Notes: generated from the sequence alone by a model not told the origin. Shown: positions 7,527-16,544, numbered from the stretch's first letter. The stretch is DNA of 24,571 nucleotides from an uncultured Oscillospiraceae bacterium (GCA_964530485.1 CAZGYK010000005.1:1-24571), one strand, 5' to 3'. Made by a program: numbers and translations.

Positions 7527-9065
7527 ATGCGCTATCAAGACAAAGTTGTTCTAATAACCGATGCCGCAAGTGAATTTGGTCAAATCCTTCTGCGGCGTTT
7601 CTCTGAAGAGGGCGCCATTCCCGTCGGCGTCGATAGCCGCGCCATCACGAAATCGGATGTCGACCGCATTGTTTCGGACGCTGTAAGCCGCTATGGACAT
7701 ATCGATGTTCTTGTTCATAACAACAACTCTATCGCGCCAAAATCAATTGAGCACTGTTCCGATTCGGAATATGACAAAAGTCTCGCCGTCAACGCTAAGA
7801 GCGCGTTTCTTTTTACCCAAGCAGTCGGCCGCCTGATGAAAGAACGCCGCTACGGTAAAATCCTTTATGTCAGTAGTATCCATGATGAAAAGCCGAACGG
7901 CGCCGATTTTTCTTATAGCGTTGCGAAGGGCGCAATCAAAATGCTGATGCGCGAGGCTTCCATTGATCTTGGTATTTACGACATTAATGTGAATGTTCTT
8001 TCGGCCGGCGCGCTTCTGGGCGATGATCAGCGATTTAAGAATGACCGGACGCCGCTCTATGAACAGATGGCCGAGATGATACCGAATAAAACGCCCGGAA
8101 CCTACGACCAACTTGCCGATATTGCTCTCTTCCTCAGTTCGGATGAAGCAAAAATGATTAACGGATCCGACCTTTCGGCAGATGGCGGTTTTCTCCAGAG
8201 TTATTTTCCCCGTTACAATTATGAAGAATACGAAGAGATCCTTCGCGAAAAGGGACATCCGGAATACAATCCTGACATGCGCCCTGAAAACAAAATGCCG
8301 AAAAATCCAAATAGCGGAAAAGTCGCTGTCATTACAGGCTCCTCGACCGGAATAGGACAGGGCGTCGCGGTTACCCTCGCGAAAGAGGGAGTCAAGGTCG
8401 TCGTAACCTACAACAGCGCGCCGCCGGACGAAACAATGCGCCTGATCAAAAGGGTAGGCGGAGACGCAATTGCCGTTCAGCTCGACGTATCCAAACGTCA
8501 GAGCATCAAGGATCTGTTCCGTACCGCCTATGATGCCTACGGAGAGATTGATCTTCTTGTCAATGATGCCGCGATTCAGCTTAATCTCTGGCTTCTCGAA
8601 TACTCCGAGGAACAATATGACCGTATGATGCAGGTCAACCTCAAGGGCTACTTTATGTGTATCCAGGAAGCGCTCCCCTATATAAGAAAGAACGCCTATT
8701 CCCGAATCCTCAACGTTGCCTCTATCCATGCTGAACGCCCAACAGGATTTGATCTTGTCTATTCCATGACCAAGGGCGGAATCAAAATGCTTACGCGCGA
8801 AGCGGCGGTAGAACTTTCAAAATACGATATCAATGTCAACCAGCTTGATCTCGGCGCAATCAAAGTTCCAACCCGCTCCGGCAATTTTGTTCCTAAAATC
8901 TTCAAGACGCTTCCTTTCGAAAACCGTCCCGAGGGTGGATTCCTTTCAGGTCGATATGGGAACCCCGCCGACGTCGGATTTATCGTTTCCTTTCTTCTCG
9001 ACGAGCGAAGCCAGTTTATCAACGGTACCGCAATCCGCGCCGATGGCGGCGCAATGATCGTATAA
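7527..9065 (+). CDS. Tandem (two-domain) short-chain dehydrogenase/reductase
   Basis: Two YxxxK motifs (YSVAK, YSMTK) and two C-terminal ADGG motifs. The glycine-rich TGSSTGIG is present only in domain 2. RBS GAGGAG. Confidence 0.9.
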   Translation: MRYQDKVVLITDAASEFGQILLRRFSEEGAIPVGVDSRAITKSDVDRIVSDAVSRYGHIDVLVHNNNSIAPKSIEHCSDSEYDKSLAVNAKSAFLFTQAVGRLMKERRYGKILYVSSIHDEKPNGADFSYSVAKGAIKMLMREASIDLGIYDINVNVLSAGALLGDDQRFKNDRTPLYEQMAEMIPNKTPGTYDQLADIALFLSSDEAKMINGSDLSADGGFLQSYFPRYNYEEYEEILREKGHPEYNPDMRPENKMPKNPNSGKVAVITGSSTGIGQGVAVTLAKEGVKVVVTYNSAPPDETMRLIKRVGGDAIAVQLDVSKRQSIKDLFRTAYDAYGEIDLLVNDAAIQLNLWLLEYSEEQYDRMMQVNLKGYFMCIQEALPYIRKNAYSRILNVASIHAERPTGFDLVYSMTKGGIKMLTREAAVELSKYDINVNQLDLGAIKVPTRSGNFVPKIFKTLPFENRPEGGFLSGRYGNPADVGFIVSFLLDERSQFINGTAIRADGGAMIV

Positions 9066-9088
9066 TCTACCGCCTAGGAGGATACCCG

Positions 9089-9475
9089 ATGCTTTATCTT
9101 ATTACCTCAACCTCGAAGAGCCTCAGCTTTCTGCTTCCGTTTGATAACATCATTATAGACTTCGTCTACGGCGCATTGATTGGTTTGCTTATCTGGTTTC
9201 TCGCCGGTTTTCCGGCAACTCTGCAACAGAATAAGTCTTTAAAATGCAATCTTGTCGACCCCGCCAGTTTTGATGGCGAAACATTTCAGTACAAAGGGAA
9301 AAGCTATGACCGAAAAGGTTATCTTTCTTCCCGCACCGAAGACTATAAAAAATACAAAGGAAACAGCCCAAAAATCATGGGTAGGACATCCTTTTTAAAG
9401 GGGCAGCTATACAACGGCGGCAACAAAGCAATTCTCGCGGAATTGGATATTGCCGCGCTAAAGCGGCTTTACTAA
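9089..9475 (+). CDS. Hypothetical protein with an N-terminal TM helix
   Basis: Strong RBS AGGAGG, TM segment FVYGALIGLLIWFLAGFP, and it sits in-line between the SDR and GNAT genes. Confidence 0.6.
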   Translation: MLYLITSTSKSLSFLLPFDNIIIDFVYGALIGLLIWFLAGFPATLQQNKSLKCNLVDPASFDGETFQYKGKSYDRKGYLSSRTEDYKKYKGNSPKIMGRTSFLKGQLYNGGNKAILAELDIAALKRLY

Positions 9476-9479
9476 GTAC

Positions 9480-9974
9480 ATGGACGATATCTATTTTTCT
9501 ATCGGAGATATGGAAGAAGCGTGCAATATCCTACGGGAAGCAGCGCAATGGTTGATAGATTCAAACAGACCGCTTTGGCGTCTTGAGGATCTAACTCCAG
9601 ATACGCTCAAGAAAACGGGATTTCAGCCCGTTATTCTACATAAACGCGGTGGGACATCGATTGCAACCTGTCTCTTTGGACTCTCGGATCCAATCTTCTG
9701 GCCAAAAATTCCTGACGGTTCGTCCGGGTTCCTGCATAAGCTCGCCGTAAAAAGAGAATATTCTAACTTAGGCTACCCCGGTCGATTGATTTATCACGTC
9801 GTTGAACTTTGTAAGAATAAAGGAATCAACGCCCTGAGTCTGGATTGCGACGCAGAAAGAACAGAACTTTGCCACTATTATGAATCTCTCGGGTTTTAAA
9901 AGGTTGAAACGAAAACAATTGATTCAAGCTTGCTCGGGACAATTCAAGTCGCTTTGTATCTCCTTACATTCTGA
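9480..9974 (+). pseudogene. GNAT family N-acetyltransferase with an in-frame TAA at 9897-9899
   Basis: GFLHKLAVKREYSNLGY, LSLDCDAERTELCHYYESLGF, then TAA. The same frame continues KVETKTIDSSLLGTIQVALYLLTF to TGA at 9972-9974. Confidence 0.7.
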
Positions 9975-9989
9975 TTCAATCAAAAACAA

Positions 9990-10015
9990 AAAAGGATGCC
10001 GTAAGGCATCCTTTT
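9990..10015. terminator. Bidirectional intrinsic terminator
   Basis: AAAAGGATGCC-gtaa-GGCATCCTTTT between convergent genes. Confidence 0.85.
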
Positions 10016-10024
10016 CTTGTGGGA

Positions 10025-10906
10025 TTAATTCTTGTTTCTCTTATCTCCGAGATACACAATTCCGATTGCGCTCGGCCCGGCATGAGCGCCGATGACCGGC
10101 CCCATAATTCCGATAAAGACCTCTTTCGCATGCAACTCGTTTTGAACGCGTTCTTTTAGCCACTCCGCCTCGTCCTCGCAATCAGCATGGATGATAAAAA
10201 TCGTCCGTTCCTCCGGAAGAACTGCCTCGGTTTTTACCTTGTTAAACAAGGTCTCAAGCGCTGCTTTTCTTCCCCGAACCTTGTCGACCGGTTCAAGTTT
10301 CCCTTCGTCGCTGACATTGATGATCGGCTTAATATTGAGAACCCCGCCAACTGCTGCGGAAGCCGCGGAAACGCGCCCACCTCGCCGAAGATGCTGAAGG
10401 TCGTCAACCGTAACCCAGTGGCAAAGTTTTAGCCGGTTGTCTTCAATCCACTGCCTGATTTCGTCCATCGTTTTTCCGTCCGCTTTCATCTGGGCGGCGT
10501 AATAGACCAAAAGGCCTTCACCCATCGAAGCGGAAAGAGAATCTACGACCATAACATTACAGTCGGGATAAACCTCTTTTAAATCAGATACCGCTATCAG
10601 CGCGTTTTGCCTTGTCGTTGTCAGTCCCGATGAAAAAACGATATAGAGGACATCAAATCCATTTTTAATTTCTTTTTCAAAATATTTATAAAACCGGCTT
10701 GGCGGAATCACTGCGGTTGTCGGCATCTCTCCGGCTCTAACTTCCCGGTAAAACATTTTTTTATCCAGTTCGCGTTCGTCGGGATAGTCGAGATATCCTT
10801 TGCCTTTTAAGACTACTTCTGTCGGAATCACCGTAACCCCGATCTTTTCCACAATTTCCTGCGGCAGATCAGAGGTCGAATCAGTATACAATTTGAATTC
10901 TCTCAT
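10025..10906 (-). CDS. DegV family fatty-acid-binding protein (FakB-like)
   Basis: TDSTSDLP, FSSGLTTT, VDSLSASMGEG, VDDLQHLRRGGR, NIKPII and GPVIGAHAGP. Start set at ATG 10906 after the RBS AGGAGG. Confidence 0.95.
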   Translation of the reverse strand: MREFKLYTDSTSDLPQEIVEKIGVTVIPTEVVLKGKGYLDYPDERELDKKMFYREVRAGEMPTTAVIPPSRFYKYFEKEIKNGFDVLYIVFSSGLTTTRQNALIAVSDLKEVYPDCNVMVVDSLSASMGEGLLVYYAAQMKADGKTMDEIRQWIEDNRLKLCHWVTVDDLQHLRRGGRVSAASAAVGGVLNIKPIINVSDEGKLEPVDKVRGRKAALETLFNKVKTEAVLPEERTIFIIHADCEDEAEWLKERVQNELHAKEVFIGIMGPVIGAHAGPSAIGIVYLGDKRNKN

Positions 10907-10972
10907 TACACCTCCTGTTACTTGGATTACAGCCTCAATTTTGGCTGTATTCCTCAAAATAATCCCACACTT

Positions 10973-11001
10973 AGAATACCAAAACCGGATATGAATGGCA
11001 A
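10973..11001 (-). promoter_or_regulatory. Promoter of the DegV gene
   Basis: TTGCCA (11001-10996), 17 nt, TATTCT (10978-10973) with an extended TG. Confidence 0.5.
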
Positions 11002-11027
11002 TACAAATTGTCATTTTCCCGGAATCC

Positions 11028-11056
11028 TTGCCGGGTTACCCTCCGTGTGCTATGCT
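11028..11056 (+). promoter_or_regulatory. Promoter of the SMP-30 gene (divergent from DegV)
   Basis: TTGCCG, 17 nt, TATGCT with an extended TG. Confidence 0.5.
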
Positions 11057-11108
11057 GACAGTATCACGAAGCTATCAAGAAATTTTCAATAAAAAGAGGG
11101 GTATTGTT

Positions 11109-11957
11109 ATGCGCGTTTATGAAGCTGACCGTCTTGCGGTTCCGGCTGTTAAGCTCGGAGAGGGCCCTTGCTGGGATTCGTCAAATAGAACGCTTATCTA
11201 TGTCGATATTACGGCTTCAACTCTTCACCGCTATTCTCCGGATACCGGCAGCCATTCTTGCGCTCCTCTCGGCCAGCTTGTCGGAGCTGCCGTTCCTTTT
11301 TCGAATAAAGTAGCTGTTGCGCTGACATCCGGCATCTATCTATTCAACGACAATAATCCTAAAGATCCTTACGTTGAGTCGTTTCTTTGTCGCCCCAAGA
11401 GCATGAGTTTCCGCGAGCGCTTTAACGACGGAAAGCTAGATCCTACCGGGCGCTTTGTTGTCGGAACCATGGCGCTTTCCGGCTCTTCCCCGATCGGTCA
11501 TCTTTATAGCGTCGAAGAGGACGGTGCTGTAACCGAACTTCTCGACGGCGTCCAAATCTCAAACGGGCTCGACTGGACAGCTGACGGGAAAACCATGTAC
11601 TATATCGATACCCTTACCCGCGCGGTATCAGTTTTCGACTATAACGTAGAAACCGGCGAAATTTCCGGAAGAAGGATCGCGTTTGAGGTTCCGCCCGAAC
11701 GCGGTCATCCGGACGGCATGTGTATCGACGCAGCCGGAATGCTCTGGGTCGCCCATTGGGGCGGAGGCATGATCGGTCGCTATGACCCAAAAACCGGAGA
11801 ACTTCTGGCTAAAATTATGCTGCCCGAAAAAAACACTACCTCCTGCTGTTTCGGGGAAAGCGAAACAGGTCTCTTTATTACAACAGCAGATGATGAATCC
11901 GCCGGGATTGAAACCGCGGCAAAGGGCGGGCTTTACTACGTTGAAATTGAACTGTAA
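11109..11957 (+). CDS. SMP-30/gluconolactonase/LRE family beta-propeller
   Basis: LGEGPCWD, RFNDGKLDPTGRF, ISNGLDWT, YYIDT and PDGMCID motifs. RBS AGAGGGG precedes ATG 11109. Confidence 0.93.
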   Translation: MRVYEADRLAVPAVKLGEGPCWDSSNRTLIYVDITASTLHRYSPDTGSHSCAPLGQLVGAAVPFSNKVAVALTSGIYLFNDNNPKDPYVESFLCRPKSMSFRERFNDGKLDPTGRFVVGTMALSGSSPIGHLYSVEEDGAVTELLDGVQISNGLDWTADGKTMYYIDTLTRAVSVFDYNVETGEISGRRIAFEVPPERGHPDGMCIDAAGMLWVAHWGGGMIGRYDPKTGELLAKIMLPEKNTTSCCFGESETGLFITTADDESAGIETAAKGGLYYVEIEL

Positions 11958-11994
11958 CCATCTGGCAAGGCTTCGCCGCCTTGCGAACCATATT

Positions 11995-12028
11995 AAAATA
12001 CCCCGGCTGCATTGCCGGGGTATTTTTT
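11995..12028. terminator. Bidirectional intrinsic terminator
   Basis: AAAATACCCCGGC-tgcatt-GCCGGGGTATTTT with A and T flanks between convergent genes. Confidence 0.85.
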
Positions 12029-12060
12029 GATTCGGCTGAACTCTTCGTCTTGTAAACGGT

Positions 12061-12864
12061 TTATTGCTCTCCAAAAACTCGTTCAAAGTTTTTCCAAAGG
12101 ATTTTTTCCTGTAGTTCTTCCGAGAGTGGAATTTTAAAAAACCGTTCCAATTCTTCCGTATGGTCCCACATCGGAAAATCGGTTCCGTAAAAAATTCTGT
12201 CCTCTCCGAGTTTTTCTACTAGTCCCGCCGCTGTCTCTGGGGAAAGAAACGCGAGCGAACTCGAAGAATCAAAATAGAGGTTCTCAATTCCGCAAAGCTG
12301 ATCTATAGAATCATCCCACTTCTGATATCCCCCAAAATGGGCAGCCATCGCTGTCAAGTTTGGAATACGTTCCATCACCCTTCGCAACTGTTCCGGCTCG
12401 GAAAAGGGGCGCCTATCGTCCCCCATATGAAAGAGAATCGGAAGCTTTGCGTCGGCAATCGCGCGGTACATCGGCTCCGCTTTCGGGTCGTCAATATAAA
12501 ACTTCTGAAAATCGGTATGAAGCTTAATCCCGCGAAGTCCAAGTTCCTTTAACCGCGCAAGTTCCTTCTCGTAATTCGGATACTCCGGATGCATCGTCCC
12601 GAAACCGAAGAAAACCGGATTTTCCTTGCACGCTCCAGCAACAAAGTCATTGATACTCTCAACCTGCTCGGCGGTCGTGGCCGTTGAGCAGACAAGCTGC
12701 TTCTTGATTCCCGCAGCCGTGTCAGCTTTTAACAATTCGTCTACCGTCCCAAGATGAACCATCGGTATCCGATAAAACTCCCCGATCGCATGAGTCGCCT
12801 TATCGGCAATCCTGTCGGGATAAATATGTCCGTGTGCGTCTATGATCTTCCCGAAATACTTCAA
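12061..12864 (-). CDS. Amidohydrolase_2 family metal-dependent hydrolase
   Basis: DAHGH, GIKLH, FHMG, AAHFGG and YGTDFP metal-ligand motifs. TTG start after GGGGGA. Confidence 0.9.
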   Translation of the reverse strand: MKYFGKIIDAHGHIYPDRIADKATHAIGEFYRIPMVHLGTVDELLKADTAAGIKKQLVCSTATTAEQVESINDFVAGACKENPVFFGFGTMHPEYPNYEKELARLKELGLRGIKLHTDFQKFYIDDPKAEPMYRAIADAKLPILFHMGDDRRPFSEPEQLRRVMERIPNLTAMAAHFGGYQKWDDSIDQLCGIENLYFDSSSSLAFLSPETAAGLVEKLGEDRIFYGTDFPMWDHTEELERFFKIPLSEELQEKILWKNFERVFGEQ

Positions 12865-12926
12865 ACCAATCCCCCAAAACTTCTATGCCATTTTATGCTT
12901 TCTCCATTTTATCTCGATCTCTTCTC

Positions 12927-12964
12927 AAAAACAAGCGGCAGTCAGCAAATTGCCAACCGCCGCT
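12927..12964 (-). terminator. Intrinsic terminator of the 1108-aa surface protein gene
   Basis: Minus strand AGCGGCGGTTGGC-aattt-GCTGACTGCCGCT (13 bp with G-U pairs) then TGTTTTT. The T run overlaps a TTGTTT-17-TAAAAT promoter (12934-12906) for the amidohydrolase. Confidence 0.7.
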
Positions 12965-12998
12965 AAAACCTCTTCAATAATTTGTTGCTTTTCCTATC

Positions 12999-15900
12999 CT
13001 ATTTCTTGGGCTTCTTTTTCAACACCAGCAAAAGGATAATACTTACCGACGAAACGGCAATCAAGAGAATCCAGAGCGTCAAATTCGCTTCGTCGTTTGT
13101 ATTTGGAGAGTTTCCGTTACCGGAAGAAGTTGCTCTCGAAATTTCGAAACTGCCGACTGCGAACCCATCGTTAAAAACAACTTCAACTTTATATGTTCCG
13201 TTGGCGAGCGAGTCAAGATAGGTTGCGTTAAATGTCAATACAACGCTTCCCGCCGTCATAGTTCCGATCTCTGTCGTCCCGTTCTTAACCTTTACGGTAG
13301 ACGTTCCGGTTCCTTCTAGCGTCATCGGCTTGTCGTTGATTTTAAGACCTGTCACTTTAGTAACATCGCCGTTGATCTTAAATGTCCCGGCCTTTCCTTT
13401 TTCGGTTATCTTTGCCGGGCTCTCCGTAATCTTGTGATCCGACGTTACTGTCAGTGTTGCCGGGTTTGAGTTTACCGTTCCCCCGCCCCCAGCGGTATAA
13501 ACCGCAACGCAGCGATATTGGCTGTTGGTATCCCCCAAAGCAACATTGCTCAGCGCCAGCTGTTTGGACGTCGCCCCCGTAATCGTACTCCAGTCTGTTC
13601 CATTGGTTGATTTTTCCCATCTGAGCGTATAATCGGCCGTCCCTGTCGCTAGCTCAACCGAGAAGGAGGCGCTTTCCCCTACTATCTTCGATTGGTTCTG
13701 CGGCTGGGTCGTAAACGACGGAACAACAAGCGTTCCTGTTCCTGAAAGGTTGATAGAAACATCGGCTGCACCTGCGCTAGAAAATTTAAGTACCGCATCA
13801 TAAGCCTTTTTTTCGGTCGGTTTGAATGTAATCGACATGGTTCCGCCGGCTGCCGCTGTCCAGGATACCTCCGCGTCCTTAAACGCAGCGGCATCGGTAC
13901 CAGCCAACGAATAGGTAATGTTTCCGGTCAGGTTTACCCCGCTTACCGTAAATGTCTGGCTTTTCTCTGAACCAATCGTCACATTTCCGAATGAAGCCGA
14001 CGTAGGCGATACGGTCAGTTTCGGATAAGTCACCGTCAATTTAGCAGAACTAGAAGTTACGCCCGAAGGATTTGCGGCATTTTTCGCCACACAGTGGTAA
14101 AGGCTTGCATCATCTCCAGCAGCTACGTTATTGAGTGTTAAGGAAGATCCGGTCTCGGATGCGATATCATTCCAGGTCGCTCCGTTATCAGTAGACTTCT
14201 GCCATTGCAATGTCGGCGTCGGCGTTCCGGTAACCGCAACCGTAAATGTCGCGTTCGCCCCGGCGCTTACCGTTTTATCTGCCGGTTGGGTATTGAACTG
14301 CGGCGCTGTCGAAAGCGCTCCGGTCGCCGTCAGGTTGACCGTTTTGCTGATCCCGCCATCTGCCGAAATCGTTAGTATTGCCGCCTTCGCTCCGCTCGCC
14401 GTCGGCGTAAAAGTTACATCAATTGTTCCGCCCTGCGTATTGCTCCAACCGCTCCCTTTTTCAAAAGAGAAGAGCCCGGAATCGCTCCCGGAAAGAGCAA
14501 CCACGATATCGGATGGCAGAACTGTTCCGGTTACGGTAACCGGGAGTGTCTTCAAAGAACCCGTATAAACAGTATTAAAGTTGAGCGAACTCGGATCAAC
14601 CGTCAACGACGGCGCAGGGGGCTGAGCGATTCCGTTTCCACTTAGCGCAATGACTTTTTGCTCCGCCGTTCCGCTCTTGATGGTCAACGTCGCGCTGTAT
14701 GCCTGGACCGCTGTCGGCGTAAAAGTGACGACGAGACTTCCGCCCGTTGTACTGTTCCATCCGGAACCAGCCGTCACTGTGAACGCGCCCGTATCCCCAG
14801 TAAGCGTAGAATAGTCGATCGCATTTGTCAGGTTGCTCCCGGTAATCACAATCGTCTGCGATCCGGAAGTCGAATTCACGACAATATTTCCAAAGCTGAC
14901 GCTTGCCCTGTTAACCGCGATTAAAGGAGCAGAAGCACTCACGCCTTCACCGGTTAGAGCAATGTCTACCGGCGCAGCCCCCGTACTGGTCAGGGTCAAC
15001 GTCGCCGATCTTGCTCCCGCTGCACCCGGCTTGAACGTAATTTTAAGCGTGCCGCCCGTCAAGCTGTTCCAAGTTCCCTTGGTCACTGTAAAATCACCAG
15101 GATTTGTTCCTGCTACGGTATAGGCGATCGCGTCGGTCAAACCGGTTCCGCTGACAGTTACCTCCATGGACGGAGAATTCGTGCCGGTAGCAACCTGCCC
15201 GAAATCAACGGTTGTATCGGAAGAGCTCAATGTCGGCGTCACCGTATTGGAAACAGTCAGCGTTGCAACAGACGAGTTAACCGCCGCAACTTCGTTTGTC
15301 GCGACACATCGATATTGGGACGCATTGTCCGTAAGCTGCGGATTCGCTACGGTATAGCTCGGCGAAACCGCGTCTGCGATATCTGACCAGGTAATTCCAT
15401 TGTCGGTAGATTTCTGCCATTGAAACGTCGGAGTCGGATATCCGGTCGCATTTGCGGTAAAGACAACCGCAGAACCGACCGCCGTCGTTTGACTTAGCGG
15501 GTTTTTCGTAAATACCGGCGTTGCCTGCACCACCCACTTGGCATAAACCGTCATCGAAGAAGAGACGGTCGTCGTTTCGTCAAACACTGTTCCGCTTCCG
15601 TCCGCCGCGGTATTCCACCCGCTAAAGGTATATCCCGTCTTCTGCGGAGGATAGGGAAGCGCCGAGACCGTTCCGCCGCTTGCAGAAACTACCAAGGGAT
15701 CCGGCCCGAGCGTCGCGCCGTTTCCATCGAACAAAACGATCAAAGAGGTGCTGTTTGACGCAATCACCGAGCCGTTGAGATAATTGAGAGAAATTCCGCT
15801 AGGAGCGGTAAAATAGGAGAGTTCCGAAGCGGAAATCCCGGTAACGATCGTGCGCGGGAGCGTTCCGGAAATCGAAGAAAACGTGATCGAACTCCCGGAA

Positions 15901-16325
15901 AGAAGGCTGCTCGCGCTGATTATTGCCCCATCGTTCAATATCATATTCGAGCTCTGCATCGCAATATTCGAAAGCGTAAGCGTTCCGCTAACTGTATACG
16001 AGCCGGCTGTCTGGACAAATGTCGCTTTTCCGCTTCCGCTACCTGAGTTTTTTATCGTCACATTGGTAAGCGTATCATCTCCACCAAGAGCATCGGTCAC
16101 CGTCTCCGGTGTCGACCCGCTGATTCCAAAATCATAAACAATCCCGTTTAGAACATCATCCCCGGCCGTCCCCGGCCATGCTGGCGCCGCCAAAGCTAGA
16201 GGAACCATATAAGTAAATAGCAGAGCGAATACAAGCAACCATGTGATAAAAACCTTGGCTTTGGCTCTGCTCCTATTCATCACTTTGCTATCAATACAAG
16301 TTTCAGTTGTTCTCATATTTTTCAT
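12999..16325 (-). CDS. Large multidomain cell-wall-anchored protein: signal peptide, unknown N-domain, InlB B-repeat, 3 Ig (I-set-like) domains, 4 ASH/choice-of-anchor-D-like domains, X2-like domain, sortase-type tail
   Basis: KTGYTFSGWNT...VYAKW. QWQKSTDNG..W and YxCV appear 3 times. PxLxV...FGxV...LxGxG appears 4 times. The tail is SPNTND + TM + KKKPKK. The true start may be ATG 16316, which is better spaced from the RBS. Confidence 0.88.
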   Translation of the reverse strand: MKNMRTTETCIDSKVMNRSRAKAKVFITWLLVFALLFTYMVPLALAAPAWPGTAGDDVLNGIVYDFGISGSTPETVTDALGGDDTLTNVTIKNSGSGSGKATFVQTAGSYTVSGTLTLSNIAMQSSNMILNDGAIISASSLLSGSSITFSSISGTLPRTIVTGISASELSYFTAPSGISLNYLNGSVIASNSTSLIVLFDGNGATLGPDPLVVSASGGTVSALPYPPQKTGYTFSGWNTAADGSGTVFDETTTVSSSMTVYAKWVVQATPVFTKNPLSQTTAVGSAVVFTANATGYPTPTFQWQKSTDNGITWSDIADAVSPSYTVANPQLTDNASQYRCVATNEVAAVNSSVATLTVSNTVTPTLSSSDTTVDFGQVATGTNSPSMEVTVSGTGLTDAIAYTVAGTNPGDFTVTKGTWNSLTGGTLKITFKPGAAGARSATLTLTSTGAAPVDIALTGEGVSASAPLIAVNRASVSFGNIVVNSTSGSQTIVITGSNLTNAIDYSTLTGDTGAFTVTAGSGWNSTTGGSLVVTFTPTAVQAYSATLTIKSGTAEQKVIALSGNGIAQPPAPSLTVDPSSLNFNTVYTGSLKTLPVTVTGTVLPSDIVVALSGSDSGLFSFEKGSGWSNTQGGTIDVTFTPTASGAKAAILTISADGGISKTVNLTATGALSTAPQFNTQPADKTVSAGANATFTVAVTGTPTPTLQWQKSTDNGATWNDIASETGSSLTLNNVAAGDDASLYHCVAKNAANPSGVTSSSAKLTVTYPKLTVSPTSASFGNVTIGSEKSQTFTVSGVNLTGNITYSLAGTDAAAFKDAEVSWTAAAGGTMSITFKPTEKKAYDAVLKFSSAGAADVSINLSGTGTLVVPSFTTQPQNQSKIVGESASFSVELATGTADYTLRWEKSTNGTDWSTITGATSKQLALSNVALGDTNSQYRCVAVYTAGGGGTVNSNPATLTVTSDHKITESPAKITEKGKAGTFKINGDVTKVTGLKINDKPMTLEGTGTSTVKVKNGTTEIGTMTAGSVVLTFNATYLDSLANGTYKVEVVFNDGFAVGSFEISRATSSGNGNSPNTNDEANLTLWILLIAVSSVSIILLLVLKKKPKK

Positions 16326-16435
16326 CCTTCTGTTTTTAGCGCTTCGCGGGATTTTCGGCTTTCTTCCTACTACTATATCGGCTTATAACCGTAATTTCTT
16401 ACATCATAAACAAGCCACGCATTTGGCTCACCCTT

Positions 16436-16464
16436 ATTTTACCATGTCATCGGTTTGTTAGCAA
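16436..16464 (-). promoter_or_regulatory. Promoter of the large surface protein gene
   Basis: TTGCTA (16464-16459), 17 nt, TAAAAT (16441-16436) with an extended TG. Confidence 0.55.
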
Positions 16465-16480
16465 TCGATTCGCATCATTT

Positions 16481-16509
16481 TTGCAACTTTCCTTTGCTTC
16501 TTATATACT
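16481..16509 (+). promoter_or_regulatory. Promoter of the GH13 gene
   Basis: TTGCAA, 17 nt, TATACT. Confidence 0.6.
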
Positions 16510-16544
16510 TAGAATATCTCGGTTTAGATGAAGAGGAGAAATCT

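Noticed and set aside
7261-7569. 102-aa minus-strand ORF upstream of NUDIX
   Set aside because: It overlaps the SDR start, runs through the likely NUDIX promoter, and has no RBS or recognisable motif.
7743-8729. 328-aa antisense ORF
   Set aside because: It is a shadow ORF opposite the SDR gene. Long antisense frames are common for SDR genes at this GC content.
10907-11108. Overlapping N-terminal extensions of the DegV and SMP-30 ORFs
   Set aside because: Both run through the divergent promoters. RBS-supported starts are 10906 and 11109.
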